A stretch of DNA of 64,000 nt from an uncultured Candidatus Saccharibacteria bacterium (lineage in GTDB: Bacteria > Patescibacteriota > Saccharimonadia > Saccharimonadales > CAZICT01): assembly GCA_964537935.1 (NCBI GenBank), contig CAZICT010000001.1, forward strand, positions 6,870 through 70,869, in the 5' to 3' direction. Positions 1 to 8,551 of this stretch are shown in pieces. The first letter of the stretch is position 1, and every line of letters starts with the position of its first letter. A program made the position numbers and the translations under genes. The notes beneath the pieces were generated by a model. That model did not search any database. It saw nothing but the letters and a program-made list of their open reading frames with translations, and had not been told where the DNA came from.

Positions 1-429
1 GAAAGAAACGCCTTCGTCGTCAACCTTCGCCAGCTGTGATTTGTTTGATTGCGCGGCCGCTGTATCGCCGCGTGCCGAATGGGCGACCTTATCAATGCCT
101 TTTTTATAAGCGACGCCCAAAGAAAACACCTGAAATCCCCCGCTGTCAGTAAAAGTAGGCCCGTTCCAATTCATGAACTTTCCGAGACCCCCAGCTTGCT
201 CGATGATGTCCGTCCCGGGGCGCAACATCAAGTGATAAGTGTTTGCCAGTATCGCTTGGCCACCTAAGCCTCTGACCTGTTCAGGAGTTAGCGCCTTTAC
301 GGTCGCTTTAGTGCCGCCGACAATAAATACCGGTGTTTGAATATCACCATGAGGCGTATGGATTACGCCGCTGCGCGCCATAGTGCCTGCTAATTTTTTA
401 TTGATAGTAAACGAAAACTCGCGATTCAT
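1..429 (-). CDS. tgt: queuine tRNA-ribosyltransferase (tRNA-guanine transglycosylase), N-terminal part, open to the window edge
   Basis: Hand translation of the minus strand from the ATG at 429-427 gives [52 protein letters not shown]...[11 protein letters not shown]...[13 protein letters not shown], a typical Tgt N-terminus. There are 143 codons with no stop. It is absent from the ORF track because it runs off position 1. It is adjacent to queA. Confidence 0.85.
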   Translation of the reverse strand, partial: MNREFSFTINKKLAGTMARSGVIHTPHGDIQTPVFIVGGTKATVKALTPEQVRGLGGQAILANTYHLMLRPGTDIIEQAGGLGKFMNWNGPTFTDSGGFQVFSLGVAYKKGIDKVAHSARGDTAAAQSNKSQLAKVDDEGVSF

Positions 430-439
430 CTGACGTAGT

Positions 440-1471
440 TTAACAGATAAACATGCTATCGCCGTAGCTAAGAAGCTTATAACCGGATGCAATCGCATGT
501 TCGTAGGAATTTTTTAGATTGTCCCAACCGGCAAAGGCTGCCGCCATCATAAGGACGGTTGAGTTCGGAGCGTGGAAATTGGTTACCATAGCATCAACGA
601 CTTTGAATTCATAGCCGGGGTAAATAAATATATCAGCCTCACCACTGAGAGATTGATTTGTATTTGAGTGCAATAATTTGTCTGATACGTATTCCAGAGT
701 CCTGGTAACCGTGGTGCCAACGGCAATTACTCTATGGTTTTTGTTTTTTGCTTTATGTATTGCCGTTAATGTTTCTTTTGGAATGACAAAATATTCGCTG
801 TGCATTTTATGATCGGTTATATCGTCGGAGCGGATCGGCATGAAGGTCCCAAGCCCCACATGCAAGGTGAGTTCAACGACCTCCACTCCTTTTGCCTTGA
901 TATCTTTTAGGATCGATTCGGTTAAATTCAGACTGGCGGTAGGGGCGGCAACTGAGCCAGGTTCTCGGGCAAATACCGTCTGGTATCGTTCGATATCAGA
1001 TTTATCCGCTTGTCTGTGCATGTAAGGCGGCAGCGGCACGCTACCTAATTTTTCGGCAAGTTCAAGTAGATTTGCATTGCTTGAAATCGTTGCCGTACCA
1101 TCGCCATGGACCTTTTCTACGGTAATTTTGGTGGTACCGACCATGATTGTTTGCTTATCATGCAGGCGACGTCGATACATGACCCGCATACGATGAGGGT
1201 TATAGTTCTGTCTATGTTTCTCCAGGAGTAAGAGCTCGCGCTTGGAACCGGCTTCAGTCTGGGCAATTAATCGGGCGCGGATTACCCGAGTGTTATTAAT
1301 AACAAGCACATCACCGTCCTTCAGTTGGTCGGCAAGATTTTTGTAATAACTGTCAGTTATGTCGCCGCTACGACGATTGAGTGCCAGCAGGCGCGAGTCG
1401 CCTCTTTGTTTTGGCGGATGACTAGCTATAGCATCTTCAGGCAGTTCATATTCATAATCACTAAGTCTCAT
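440..1471 (-). CDS. queA: S-adenosylmethionine:tRNA ribosyltransferase-isomerase
   Basis: 343 aa. The N-terminus [29 protein letters not shown] and overall length are typical of QueA. tgt is the neighbour. Confidence 0.93.
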   Translation of the reverse strand: MRLSDYEYELPEDAIASHPPKQRGDSRLLALNRRSGDITDSYYKNLADQLKDGDVLVINNTRVIRARLIAQTEAGSKRELLLLEKHRQNYNPHRMRVMYRRRLHDKQTIMVGTTKITVEKVHGDGTATISSNANLLELAEKLGSVPLPPYMHRQADKSDIERYQTVFAREPGSVAAPTASLNLTESILKDIKAKGVEVVELTLHVGLGTFMPIRSDDITDHKMHSEYFVIPKETLTAIHKAKNKNHRVIAVGTTVTRTLEYVSDKLLHSNTNQSLSGEADIFIYPGYEFKVVDAMVTNFHAPNSTVLMMAAAFAGWDNLKNSYEHAIASGYKLLSYGDSMFIC

Positions 1472-1489
1472 AGCAACAGAAAGTATACC

Positions 1490-2668
1490 TTAAAACAAAT
1501 CAAGATCAGCTATTTCGGCAGGCAAAAAACCCTCCGGGTGTTTGAAGCCGGCTTGCCACTTAGTACCCTTTTGATAACCTAGATCTTTCATGAGTTTAGT
1601 TGGAGCATTACGGAGGTGCAGGGGGACAGGTAGGTCCGGATGATTTTTGGCGGCGGCCTTGGCACTTTGCATAGCTTCGGTGATCACACGTGATTTTTTG
1701 CACTTAGCAAGCACCACCGCACAGTGGTACAGATTATATTCACATTCCGGTAGCCCAATTCTTTCCACCGCCAAGAAAGTTGATACGGCCAGATTAAGTG
1801 CAGGCGAACTGGCGATACCTACATCTTCTGAGGCAAATATCACCATGCGCCGGGCTATAAATTTGGGATCCTCACCGGCTTGCAACATGCGTGCCAGGTA
1901 ATAAAGCGCTGCGTTGGCATCGCCGCCGCGCATAGATTTTATGAACGCACTTATAATATTATAATGTGCCTCTCCTGCCTTGTCGTAGCCAGGGACGCGC
2001 TTTTGGGCAGCGGTTTCTACGATATCAGGAGTAATCGAACCTTTGGTTAATTGCAAAGCCAGCTCAAGATTGCCAAGCGCGATACGTGCGTCGCCACCAG
2101 AAAGTTCTGCCAGCAGTGAAATGCTTTTTTGCGGCAAACGTTTGCGTGTAAGCTTTTCTGACTTAGCGGCTTTTTTGATAATTTTTTCGATATCAGAGGT
2201 GGTAAGTGATTCCAAAACTAACACCCGACTGCGACTTAGTAACGGGGTGATGACTTCAAAGCTTGGGTTTTCAGTGGTGGCACCGATCAAAGTGATTGTG
2301 CCATCTTCGACATGAGGCAGGAAAGCGTCTTGTTGAGCCTTATTGAAGCGATGAATTTCGTCGATAAACAGAATGGTGTCTTGGGCAAGCCGTTGATTTT
2401 GCTTAGCGTGCTCTATGACTTTAGTGACATCCGCCTTGCCAGAGGTTACAGCGCTTAATTCAATAAACTCGGCCCCTACCTCATTTGCTATAATCCGCGC
2501 CAGCGTGGTTTTGCCTGATCCGGGCGGCCCCCAAAGAATCAAGCTGACCGGTTGTTTTTTCTCGACCATTTCACGAATAATTTTGCCTGGTGCAAGCAAA
2601 TGCTCCTGCCCGATGACTTCATCAATCGTTGTTGGGCGCAATCGTTCGGCCAGAGGTTGTCGTGCCAT
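1490..2668 (-). CDS. rarA: replication-associated recombination protein A (AAA+ ATPase RarA/MgsA)
   Basis: 392 aa with Walker A GPPGSGKTT, Walker B LFIDEIHR, and the C-terminal MgsA-type helical domain. Confidence 0.9.
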   Translation of the reverse strand: MARQPLAERLRPTTIDEVIGQEHLLAPGKIIREMVEKKQPVSLILWGPPGSGKTTLARIIANEVGAEFIELSAVTSGKADVTKVIEHAKQNQRLAQDTILFIDEIHRFNKAQQDAFLPHVEDGTITLIGATTENPSFEVITPLLSRSRVLVLESLTTSDIEKIIKKAAKSEKLTRKRLPQKSISLLAELSGGDARIALGNLELALQLTKGSITPDIVETAAQKRVPGYDKAGEAHYNIISAFIKSMRGGDANAALYYLARMLQAGEDPKFIARRMVIFASEDVGIASSPALNLAVSTFLAVERIGLPECEYNLYHCAVVLAKCKKSRVITEAMQSAKAAAKNHPDLPVPLHLRNAPTKLMKDLGYQKGTKWQAGFKHPEGFLPAEIADLDLF

Positions 2669-2676
2669 TATCTTCG

Positions 2677-3195
2677 CTACTTTCTTGTGTGTTCAAAATT
2701 ATTAATTAAAGATATTAAATGTGCGACTTCGGTCCAGTCATCAACACCTAAACTGTGGTTTTCCAGGTCAAATGTAAAAAGTTTGGGTTCTAGTTTGGCC
2801 TGGTCATGGTGCACGAACAAGATTTTAATTACTGGCGCCAGGCCGTCATAATCATAAGTAAAATTAACTCTTCCGATTGATTCTGACGGAATAAATATCG
2901 TCGTCAGCATCGTTTCATCCACCTCCTCAATATAAGGGAAATGACACTTAAGCACATTAGCGGATTTTGTTAAATTGGATGCGTCTGCAGTAAGAGCTAG
3001 CCACTGGTAGTCGTCGAGATTTTCTATGGTTGCACATAATCGCTGTGTTTTAGTAACTATACTGCTGTCCAAACTGGGTCGCATGTGTCTGTTTAGTTGA
3101 CTACGTTCCATGAGCTGTTCAGTTATCGCGGTTTGAAACAATTCGAGATCGCTGTTTGCCAGCAAAGATTCCGGTCTATATCCCTGTGATTCCAT
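2677..3195 (-). CDS. hypothetical protein
   Basis: 172-aa ORF tightly packed behind rarA. No motif recognised. Confidence 0.5.
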   Translation of the reverse strand: MESQGYRPESLLANSDLELFQTAITEQLMERSQLNRHMRPSLDSSIVTKTQRLCATIENLDDYQWLALTADASNLTKSANVLKCHFPYIEEVDETMLTTIFIPSESIGRVNFTYDYDGLAPVIKILFVHHDQAKLEPKLFTFDLENHSLGVDDWTEVAHLISLINNFEHTRK

Positions 3196-3251
3196 TGAGC
3201 ATGATTATGGTATCTATAGCTATGTCTTGCAAGCATAAGCCGCGCATCGTC

Positions 3252-3260
3252 TGCTACAAT
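3252..3260 (+). promoter_or_regulatory. extended -10-like element TGcTACAAT, 8 nt before the ATG at 3269 (possible leaderless start)
   Basis: The sequence tgctacaat-caagcggt-ATG has no Shine-Dalgarno in between. Confidence 0.4.
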
Positions 3261-3268
3261 CAAGCGGT

Positions 3269-3673
3269 ATGGAAGTAAGCGACGAACAGTTTGAATCACT
3301 TATCAATCAAGCTATGGAAGAACTGCCCCAAGAGTATATTAAGAACCTTAATAACGTGGTGGTGGTGTATGAGGACGAACCGACTCCTGAACAAAGGAAA
3401 GAGCTGAAGCTTCGTTGTGACCAGTCGTTATTTGGACTGTATCAAGGCATTCCCCGGACTAAGCGCGGTATCGGATATAACCTCGTTGTGCCGGACAAAA
3501 TTACTATTTTCAAAAAGCCGATGCTTAATTTCGTAGCCGATATGAAAGGGCTGAAAGAGCAGGTTAAGCGAACCCTTTGGCATGAAATCGCTCACCATTA
3601 CGGCCTGGAGCATTCACGGATACATGCGCTTGAAAGAAAAGACGCGCCTGACCCTGATAATTCATGGAGCTAA
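3269..3673 (+). CDS. small zincin-like metallopeptidase family protein (HExxH)
   Basis: 134 aa with a C-terminal WHEIAHHYGLEH motif and an LFGLYQGIP segment typical of the small 'possible zinc metallopeptidase' family. Confidence 0.75.
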   Translation: MEVSDEQFESLINQAMEELPQEYIKNLNNVVVVYEDEPTPEQRKELKLRCDQSLFGLYQGIPRTKRGIGYNLVVPDKITIFKKPMLNFVADMKGLKEQVKRTLWHEIAHHYGLEHSRIHALERKDAPDPDNSWS

Positions 3674-3729
3674 GCAACTGACTTGAGCTATGGGCCTATC
3701 TGGAGTTACACTTAAGACGTAACGGAGGG

Positions 3730-4863
3730 ATGGCTATGAGGATGAAATCGGTTGTAGTGACACTGCTCTTAAGTGTTGCCGGGGTCTTTGCGTTTTTTGG
3801 GATTGCCGGAGCGCAAGAATTTAGAGCAGGAAATCGAACGACAGTTGCTCAAGGAGAAGTGATTGATTCAACGTTATGGGCTACCGGTTCGACTGTTGAT
3901 ATCGCAGGCGAGGTAAACGGTGATGTCTTTTGTGCGGGTCAAAACGTTACCATTACCGGTACGGTTAGGGGTGATGTTATTTGTGCAGGCCAAAACGTTC
4001 GGATCGCGGGGGCTGTCGAAGGTGACGTTCGTGTCGCCGGACAAGTGGTCATGATAGAAGCCAAAATTGATGACAACCTTACAGCTGCCTCGCAAAACTT
4101 TACATTGAGCAGTGAAGGGAGCGTTGAAGGAGACGCAAGCATTGCATCTAATGACGCCATGATAAATGGTGCAATAGCGCGCGATCTTGCAGTTACCAGT
4201 ACCAGTACAACCATCACCAGCACCATCGGACGGAATGTAAAGGCCGGCATTGAGAATTTGTCCTTCACTTCAAATGCTCGGGTTGGCGGTAGCGTTGAAT
4301 ATGCCAGCGATAATGAAGCGTCAGTCGCGGAAGGGGCACAAATCGGGTCTATTACCCGTACTCAATCCAAAGGAGATAGAGACGGATTTCTGACGATAAG
4401 TTTCGGCATGGTTGTTTATATAATCATCGCCCTTTTATTGGTTAGTATTGTTCTGGTGCTTTTTGCGCCAAATATGTTCGAGTCTGCTGCCAAACGAACA
4501 GCTAACCGACCCTGGAAGACGCTATTTGTTGGTTTGGCTGCCGGAATAATCGTACCTGCGATGTTTATTGCATTGCTCTTTTCGGTCATTGGCATCCCGT
4601 TGGCTATCATCGGTTTGCATGCGTGGCTACTGGTTCTCTTCCTGGGCGGTCCGTTCGTCGGATATTTGATTGGACGACTGCTTTTGCGCGATCAGAATAA
4701 CGCAATTGTCATTATGCTACTGGGAAGCCTGCTGCTACTCGTTACGATGTTCATCCCGATATTCGGATTCTTTGTATTGCTAGTTACTATGTGGATGGGT
4801 GCCGGCATGATTCTGTACGAGATAAAAGATAAACTGCCAAAACCACGATACCGCCTGAAATAG
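3730..4863 (+). CDS. membrane protein with N-terminal bactofilin-like (polymer-forming cytoskeletal) repeats and C-terminal polytopic domain
   Basis: 377 aa with a signal/TM start. Repeated G(D/E)V.(C)AGQNV.I.G..(R/E)GDV units sit in the first ~200 aa. Several hydrophobic helices occupy the last ~150 aa. Confidence 0.6.
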   Translation: MAMRMKSVVVTLLLSVAGVFAFFGIAGAQEFRAGNRTTVAQGEVIDSTLWATGSTVDIAGEVNGDVFCAGQNVTITGTVRGDVICAGQNVRIAGAVEGDVRVAGQVVMIEAKIDDNLTAASQNFTLSSEGSVEGDASIASNDAMINGAIARDLAVTSTSTTITSTIGRNVKAGIENLSFTSNARVGGSVEYASDNEASVAEGAQIGSITRTQSKGDRDGFLTISFGMVVYIIIALLLVSIVLVLFAPNMFESAAKRTANRPWKTLFVGLAAGIIVPAMFIALLFSVIGIPLAIIGLHAWLLVLFLGGPFVGYLIGRLLLRDQNNAIVIMLLGSLLLLVTMFIPIFGFFVLLVTMWMGAGMILYEIKDKLPKPRYRLK

Positions 4864-4920
4864 TTAATATTTAGTCACGTTTGAATAGTATCCAACTAGA
4901 AGTTGTCTATAAAATTGCTT

Positions 4921-5343
4921 TTATCTTTCGTGAAAAACCACACTACCATAATGAGTATTGTCTTGCTCGCGGGCTCCAATAATTCGATCGCTTAGCGGGG
5001 CGTTGATTGCGACTACCTCCAGTTCTTCCTCGGTTAACAAGCAGCCGATGTAAAGCGGTAGCGTTTTCCTAAAGCTGTCATTTAAGACAGGATTTGCAAC
5101 ATCCACTATGTGTTTATCATCACATAGCCACATTGAATCAATGCTTGCGTTGCCAAGACTTACTTTCCCTCTGTAACGCTTAAGGCCAAGATCAAACTCC
5201 GAAGCGATTCTCAAAACACGATCTGCAGTACGTCGGTAATCAATGGTCGAAAACGGCTCAGCTGTATGAGCCTCGTCAAGCGCTCTGGCAAATTCTTGTA
5301 ATTCGAAAGGAACTTCTAAGCTCTCCTTTTCAGGTACATACAT
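4921..5343 (-). CDS. hypothetical protein
   Basis: 140-aa ORF, no motif recognised. Confidence 0.45.
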   Translation of the reverse strand: MYVPEKESLEVPFELQEFARALDEAHTAEPFSTIDYRRTADRVLRIASEFDLGLKRYRGKVSLGNASIDSMWLCDDKHIVDVANPVLNDSFRKTLPLYIGCLLTEEELEVVAINAPLSDRIIGAREQDNTHYGSVVFHER

Positions 5344-5425
5344 ACTATTTGTTTACATATTTAATAACACTATGTCAATAGAAGCCTAAGGTGGCCTTTA
5401 GTCATGGATTGTTATTGAAAACGAA

Positions 5426-6247
5426 TTACATCAGCTTAAGAGATTTAAGTATTTCTATAGCTTGGCTATAGGCGTTAGTTGACTGAAAATAATCAAGGCT
5501 GACTTTGTTGGTTGCGAAATCTTCATTTAGTTCCGGTGATGAGTAGCCGCCGGTAATAAGGTAGGTTTGCGGCTCCTTCCCGTAGTCAGGTCCCAGTGTG
5601 TCATTTGTGTCGAGAACGAAATTTCCAACAATCAGGAAATAGGCAAAGTGATCGGTTGTATCAAGACCGAAAAACGACAGATTGGTTTCTTCGCGTTGAC
5701 CGGTTGCCGGGTCGGTGTAGCTCAGATTTTCTGACGGCTTAACTGCAATACCACGTCCGATATAGGTGCTATCGACAGCTCGGGCACCCTGCCGGATGTA
5801 TATCCGGAAATTGCCGGCTACTTCGCCCTTATCAAGTGTTTGATATGTAAACTCGGGCGACTCAATACGTAAGCCATCGTCGGACGGTGTTACAGTCCAA
5901 TCTTCCGGGTGAGACAACTCAAGTCTGGGTGTAGTACTTTTGAACGTTTCACTCGCCAATGTAATCGGTATGTCGTCAGTTTCATTATTGTCTGTAAGGG
6001 CGGGAGAATCATCCTGTGGCGTGGTGACTTGAGCGGGTTGAGCGCTTTGCTCTGCGTCATTATTTAAAAAAATGCGCCAAACCGCGTAAGATGTCATGCC
6101 AACAATAATGGCGCCACTTATAAAAATTGCGATTACTTTAAACCGCGAACGTACCGGCTTGGATTGTTTTGGCGGCGAAGGCGGGGTGGCTTCGCTGTCA
6201 GGCAGTTCGAGCTTACCGCCAAGGAACTTTTCGCTATCACTCACCAT
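5426..6247 (-). CDS. hypothetical membrane-anchored protein
   Basis: 273 aa with one N-terminal TM helix (VIAIFISGAIIVGMTSYAVW) followed by a probable extracellular domain. Confidence 0.55.
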   Translation of the reverse strand: MVSDSEKFLGGKLELPDSEATPPSPPKQSKPVRSRFKVIAIFISGAIIVGMTSYAVWRIFLNNDAEQSAQPAQVTTPQDDSPALTDNNETDDIPITLASETFKSTTPRLELSHPEDWTVTPSDDGLRIESPEFTYQTLDKGEVAGNFRIYIRQGARAVDSTYIGRGIAVKPSENLSYTDPATGQREETNLSFFGLDTTDHFAYFLIVGNFVLDTNDTLGPDYGKEPQTYLITGGYSSPELNEDFATNKVSLDYFQSTNAYSQAIEILKSLKLM

Positions 6248-6307
6248 GATAATTACACTTTACCACAGCGGTAAGGCATGAACTTATAATTACAGAAGTA
6301 TAAAAAT

Positions 6308-6392
6308 AAAACTCGAGCTATGCTTTCGCTTATAGAGCCGGTAAGCGAAACTTACCTATGTGACTCTACACTAAAAGACAGCTCGAGTTTTT
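6308..6392 (-). terminator. compound hairpin with flanking U-runs (candidate terminator or expression platform)
   Basis: An 11-bp outer stem pairs 6308-6318 with 6381-6391 (core CTCGAGC). It encloses hairpin 6324-6332/6342-6350 (9 bp), which competes with hairpin 6340-6345/6351-6356 (6 bp). T-runs follow on both strands. Confidence 0.4.
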
Positions 6393-6421
6393 GCGGCAAT
6401 ATGGGGGAACATTATTACCGC

Positions 6422-6521
6422 CAATTGGTGGGTAAGAGGAGTTTAGTCGGTTTCGCCATTTGCTCCTCATAACTCAGGCGACCATGTACGAGTTATGATT
6501 CTTCGCACCCAAACCCAATTG
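6422..6521. ncRNA. candidate structured RNA element (multi-helix junction), strand unresolved
   Basis: A long-range pairing joins CAATTGG/TGGG (6422-6432) to CCCA/CCAATTG (6508-6521). It encloses hairpins GAGGAG/CTCCTC (6436-6441/6463-6468) and ATAACTC/GAGTTAT (6470-6476/6491-6497). No ORF is present. Confidence 0.3.
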
Positions 6522-6585
6522 TGAATACATTACACCAGTTATGACTATTATTTGTCAATAACGTTTATGTTAACTTAAGTCTAGT

Positions 6586-7347
6586 TTAGCGAAGAAAATA
6601 AACCACGGTTACCGTGTAGTTGATTTCATTTTCTCCAGGTTGAAGTTGTAGGCTGGATGAGCTGGAGCTCGAATCAAGTTCCATGGCCCGGGCATCAAAC
6701 GGAATTACACCATCAAAGCCAGCTCCATCAGTTACTGACTTGACTTCACCTATCTTAAAGCCAAGATTTTCAGCAGATTGATCCGCTTTAGATCGAGCGT
6801 TTTTAGTGGCTTCGTCACGAGCCTGGGTTTCTAATTCGTTTCGCTTGGCTTCGCTGAATTGATAGCGCGGAGTAACCGAACCCTCAGGTGTTGTTGTAAC
6901 AAGATAGTCCTGTACTTTTTGGGCTAAATCCTTGTCATTCACGGTAACTGTCAAACGTAAGTAATAATCAGTTCTGCCGTCTTCCCGTGACATATAGTAA
7001 TAATCATGGCCATCGGCATTGGTTTTTATTTGGCTGCCTGAGACGCCCAATTCTTTAAGCCCCTCAACTACCTGATTGCTTTTAGCGGTAACATCAGCAA
7101 GCGCAGCATCTTGATCGGTATTTGTGAAGCGGTAGGCCGGGTTAAAGACATACTCATCGGGTTCAGCACTAATTGTCGCCTGGCCGGTAACTTCTATAGT
7201 GCGATCTGTGGTCGCCGTAGTTGACCACGGTTTCCAAATGACCAGCATGGCAATTACTGCAAGCAAAAGCACTACTGTTATCACCCTTAAATCCAATGAA
7301 AGCTTTAACTTTTTATTATTTCGTGAACTTGGTTCTTCGGACACCAT
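6586..7347 (-). CDS. SIMPL domain-containing protein (DUF541-like periplasmic/secreted protein)
   Basis: 253 aa with an N-terminal TM/signal. It has the V.G.A.IS.EPD start and the LQPGE..I...V.VVYFL end typical of the SIMPL family. Confidence 0.7.
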   Translation of the reverse strand: MVSEEPSSRNNKKLKLSLDLRVITVVLLLAVIAMLVIWKPWSTTATTDRTIEVTGQATISAEPDEYVFNPAYRFTNTDQDAALADVTAKSNQVVEGLKELGVSGSQIKTNADGHDYYYMSREDGRTDYYLRLTVTVNDKDLAQKVQDYLVTTTPEGSVTPRYQFSEAKRNELETQARDEATKNARSKADQSAENLGFKIGEVKSVTDGAGFDGVIPFDARAMELDSSSSSSSLQLQPGENEINYTVTVVYFLR

Positions 7348-7413
7348 TATTTAACTCCTTTATGTTTACTAGTCTTAGTCTAATTGTCTTAAAAGTAAAG
7401 TCACAATTTTTGG

Positions 7414-7441
7414 TTGACTGAGTAAAAAATCGGCGTATGGT
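7414..7441 (+). promoter_or_regulatory. sigma70-like promoter TTGACT-16-TATGGT
   Basis: The -35 element ttgact is at 7414-7419 and the -10 element tatggt at 7436-7441. An ATG follows 7 nt later. Confidence 0.4.
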
Positions 7442-7448
7442 AAGTGGT

Positions 7449-7544
7449 ATGGAAGCTCGCTGCAGCGCAACACACAATTTCATCGGCCTTATTCTCGGCT
7501 TGATTATTATTGTGCGTCAACGCATGCTGGTTGAAGTTTCCTAA
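7449..7544 (+). CDS. candidate 31-aa hydrophobic small ORF (MEARCSATHNFIGLILGLIIIVRQRMLVEVS)
   Basis: Hand-translated and below the ORF-track size cutoff. A promoter-like element lies upstream and a strong terminator downstream. Coding status is unproven. Confidence 0.25.
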   Translation: MEARCSATHNFIGLILGLIIIVRQRMLVEVS

Positions 7545-7570
7545 AAATATTTATAAAAAGCCAAACTAAT

Positions 7571-7606
7571 AACCCGGAACTTCAACCGAAGCTCCGGGTT
7601 TTTTTA
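7571..7606 (+). terminator. Rho-independent terminator
   Basis: The stem AACCCGGAACTTC / GAAGCTCCGGGTT is 13 positions long (12 pairs plus 1 mismatch) with loop AACC, followed by TTTTT. Confidence 0.7.
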
Positions 7607-7624
7607 TGGCAAGGAGATAAAGAG

Positions 7625-7846
7625 ATGCTGGAAACATCAAGAGAATTTATGTACAACTTTACGACACCCGGGAAAGTCACGGCTGCTAGAAGTAGTGAAG
7701 TCAGCAGGGGATTTGTATACACGTTGCCGGAAGAGCTGGAGATATCCGATGGTGTCAGAAACGAGCAAGGTCCTGAGTTTCATTTACCGCTTGTTCGGCT
7801 GGTGCCGGTTCCTGAGCCGAGACTTCTTGAAGAAGTAGCGGCCTAA
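7625..7846 (+). CDS. hypothetical small protein
   Basis: 73-aa ORF preceded by a strong AAGGAG Shine-Dalgarno at the correct spacing. Confidence 0.45.
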   Translation: MLETSREFMYNFTTPGKVTAARSSEVSRGFVYTLPEELEISDGVRNEQGPEFHLPLVRLVPVPEPRLLEEVAA

Positions 7847-7969
7847 CGCTTTAAATGATTCTTATGTTACTAAAATCGACAGATTAGCTATCAAAGCTCA
7901 ATAAATCACACAAAGTATATAACAAATATAACTGATATATTTGGCGGTGAAATTTAAGCTAAGGTAACG

Positions 7970-8530
7970 ATGAATTCAACAATTGCCAATGCGTTTAATG
8001 TGGTGCCACGTGAACGGTTTTTGCCGGATGATGTAGCTGCTCAGGCTCATATCGACATGCCGTTGAGTATCGGTTTTAATCAGACAAACAGCCAGCCAAC
8101 AACGGTGCGAATGATGCTTGAGTGGCTAGATCCGCAGCCAGGCGATACGGTACTTGACGTTGGCGCTGGCTCCGGCTGGACTACGGCCCTGCTTGCGCAC
8201 CTGGTAGGTCAGCAGGGCAGAGTGATTGGTGTTGAAAAAATACCGGAGTTAGCGCGTTTTTCCCGAAAAAACTTGGAAGATGCGGGTGTTCTCAATGCGG
8301 TAATCAATGACGCCAACAGTCAGATGGGTTGGCCTCCTGAAGCACCGTATGACCGTATTTTAGTAAGCGCTGCCGCAGAACAAATACCTAAAGATTTACT
8401 GGATCAACTTATTGCCGGCGGCCGTATGGTGGTGCCGGTAAAAAACAGCGTGATTGTGATCGATAAAGACAGTCAGGGAATTTCCAAAAAAACCGAATAT
8501 CCTGGATTTGCATTTGTACCACTGCGCTAA
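7970..8530 (+). CDS. pcm: protein-L-isoaspartate O-methyltransferase
   Basis: 186 aa with the SAM-binding motif VLDVGAGSGWTTALLA and the typical NQTNSQP segment. Confidence 0.85.
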   Translation: MNSTIANAFNVVPRERFLPDDVAAQAHIDMPLSIGFNQTNSQPTTVRMMLEWLDPQPGDTVLDVGAGSGWTTALLAHLVGQQGRVIGVEKIPELARFSRKNLEDAGVLNAVINDANSQMGWPPEAPYDRILVSAAAEQIPKDLLDQLIAGGRMVVPVKNSVIVIDKDSQGISKKTEYPGFAFVPLR

Positions 8531-8551
8531 TTTGCGTAGCAAGCGAAAGCC

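Noticed and set aside
49-267. 72-aa + strand ORF at the window start
   Set aside because: It lies antisense to a clearly recognisable tgt reading frame that is open from 429 to position 1.
6422-6521. TPP riboswitch (minus strand shows GGGUGC ... CUGAG)
   Set aside because: The diagnostic ACCUGAUCUGGAUAAUGCCAGCG-type pyrophosphate-sensor helix and the GGGA end are absent. The resemblance is limited to two short strings.
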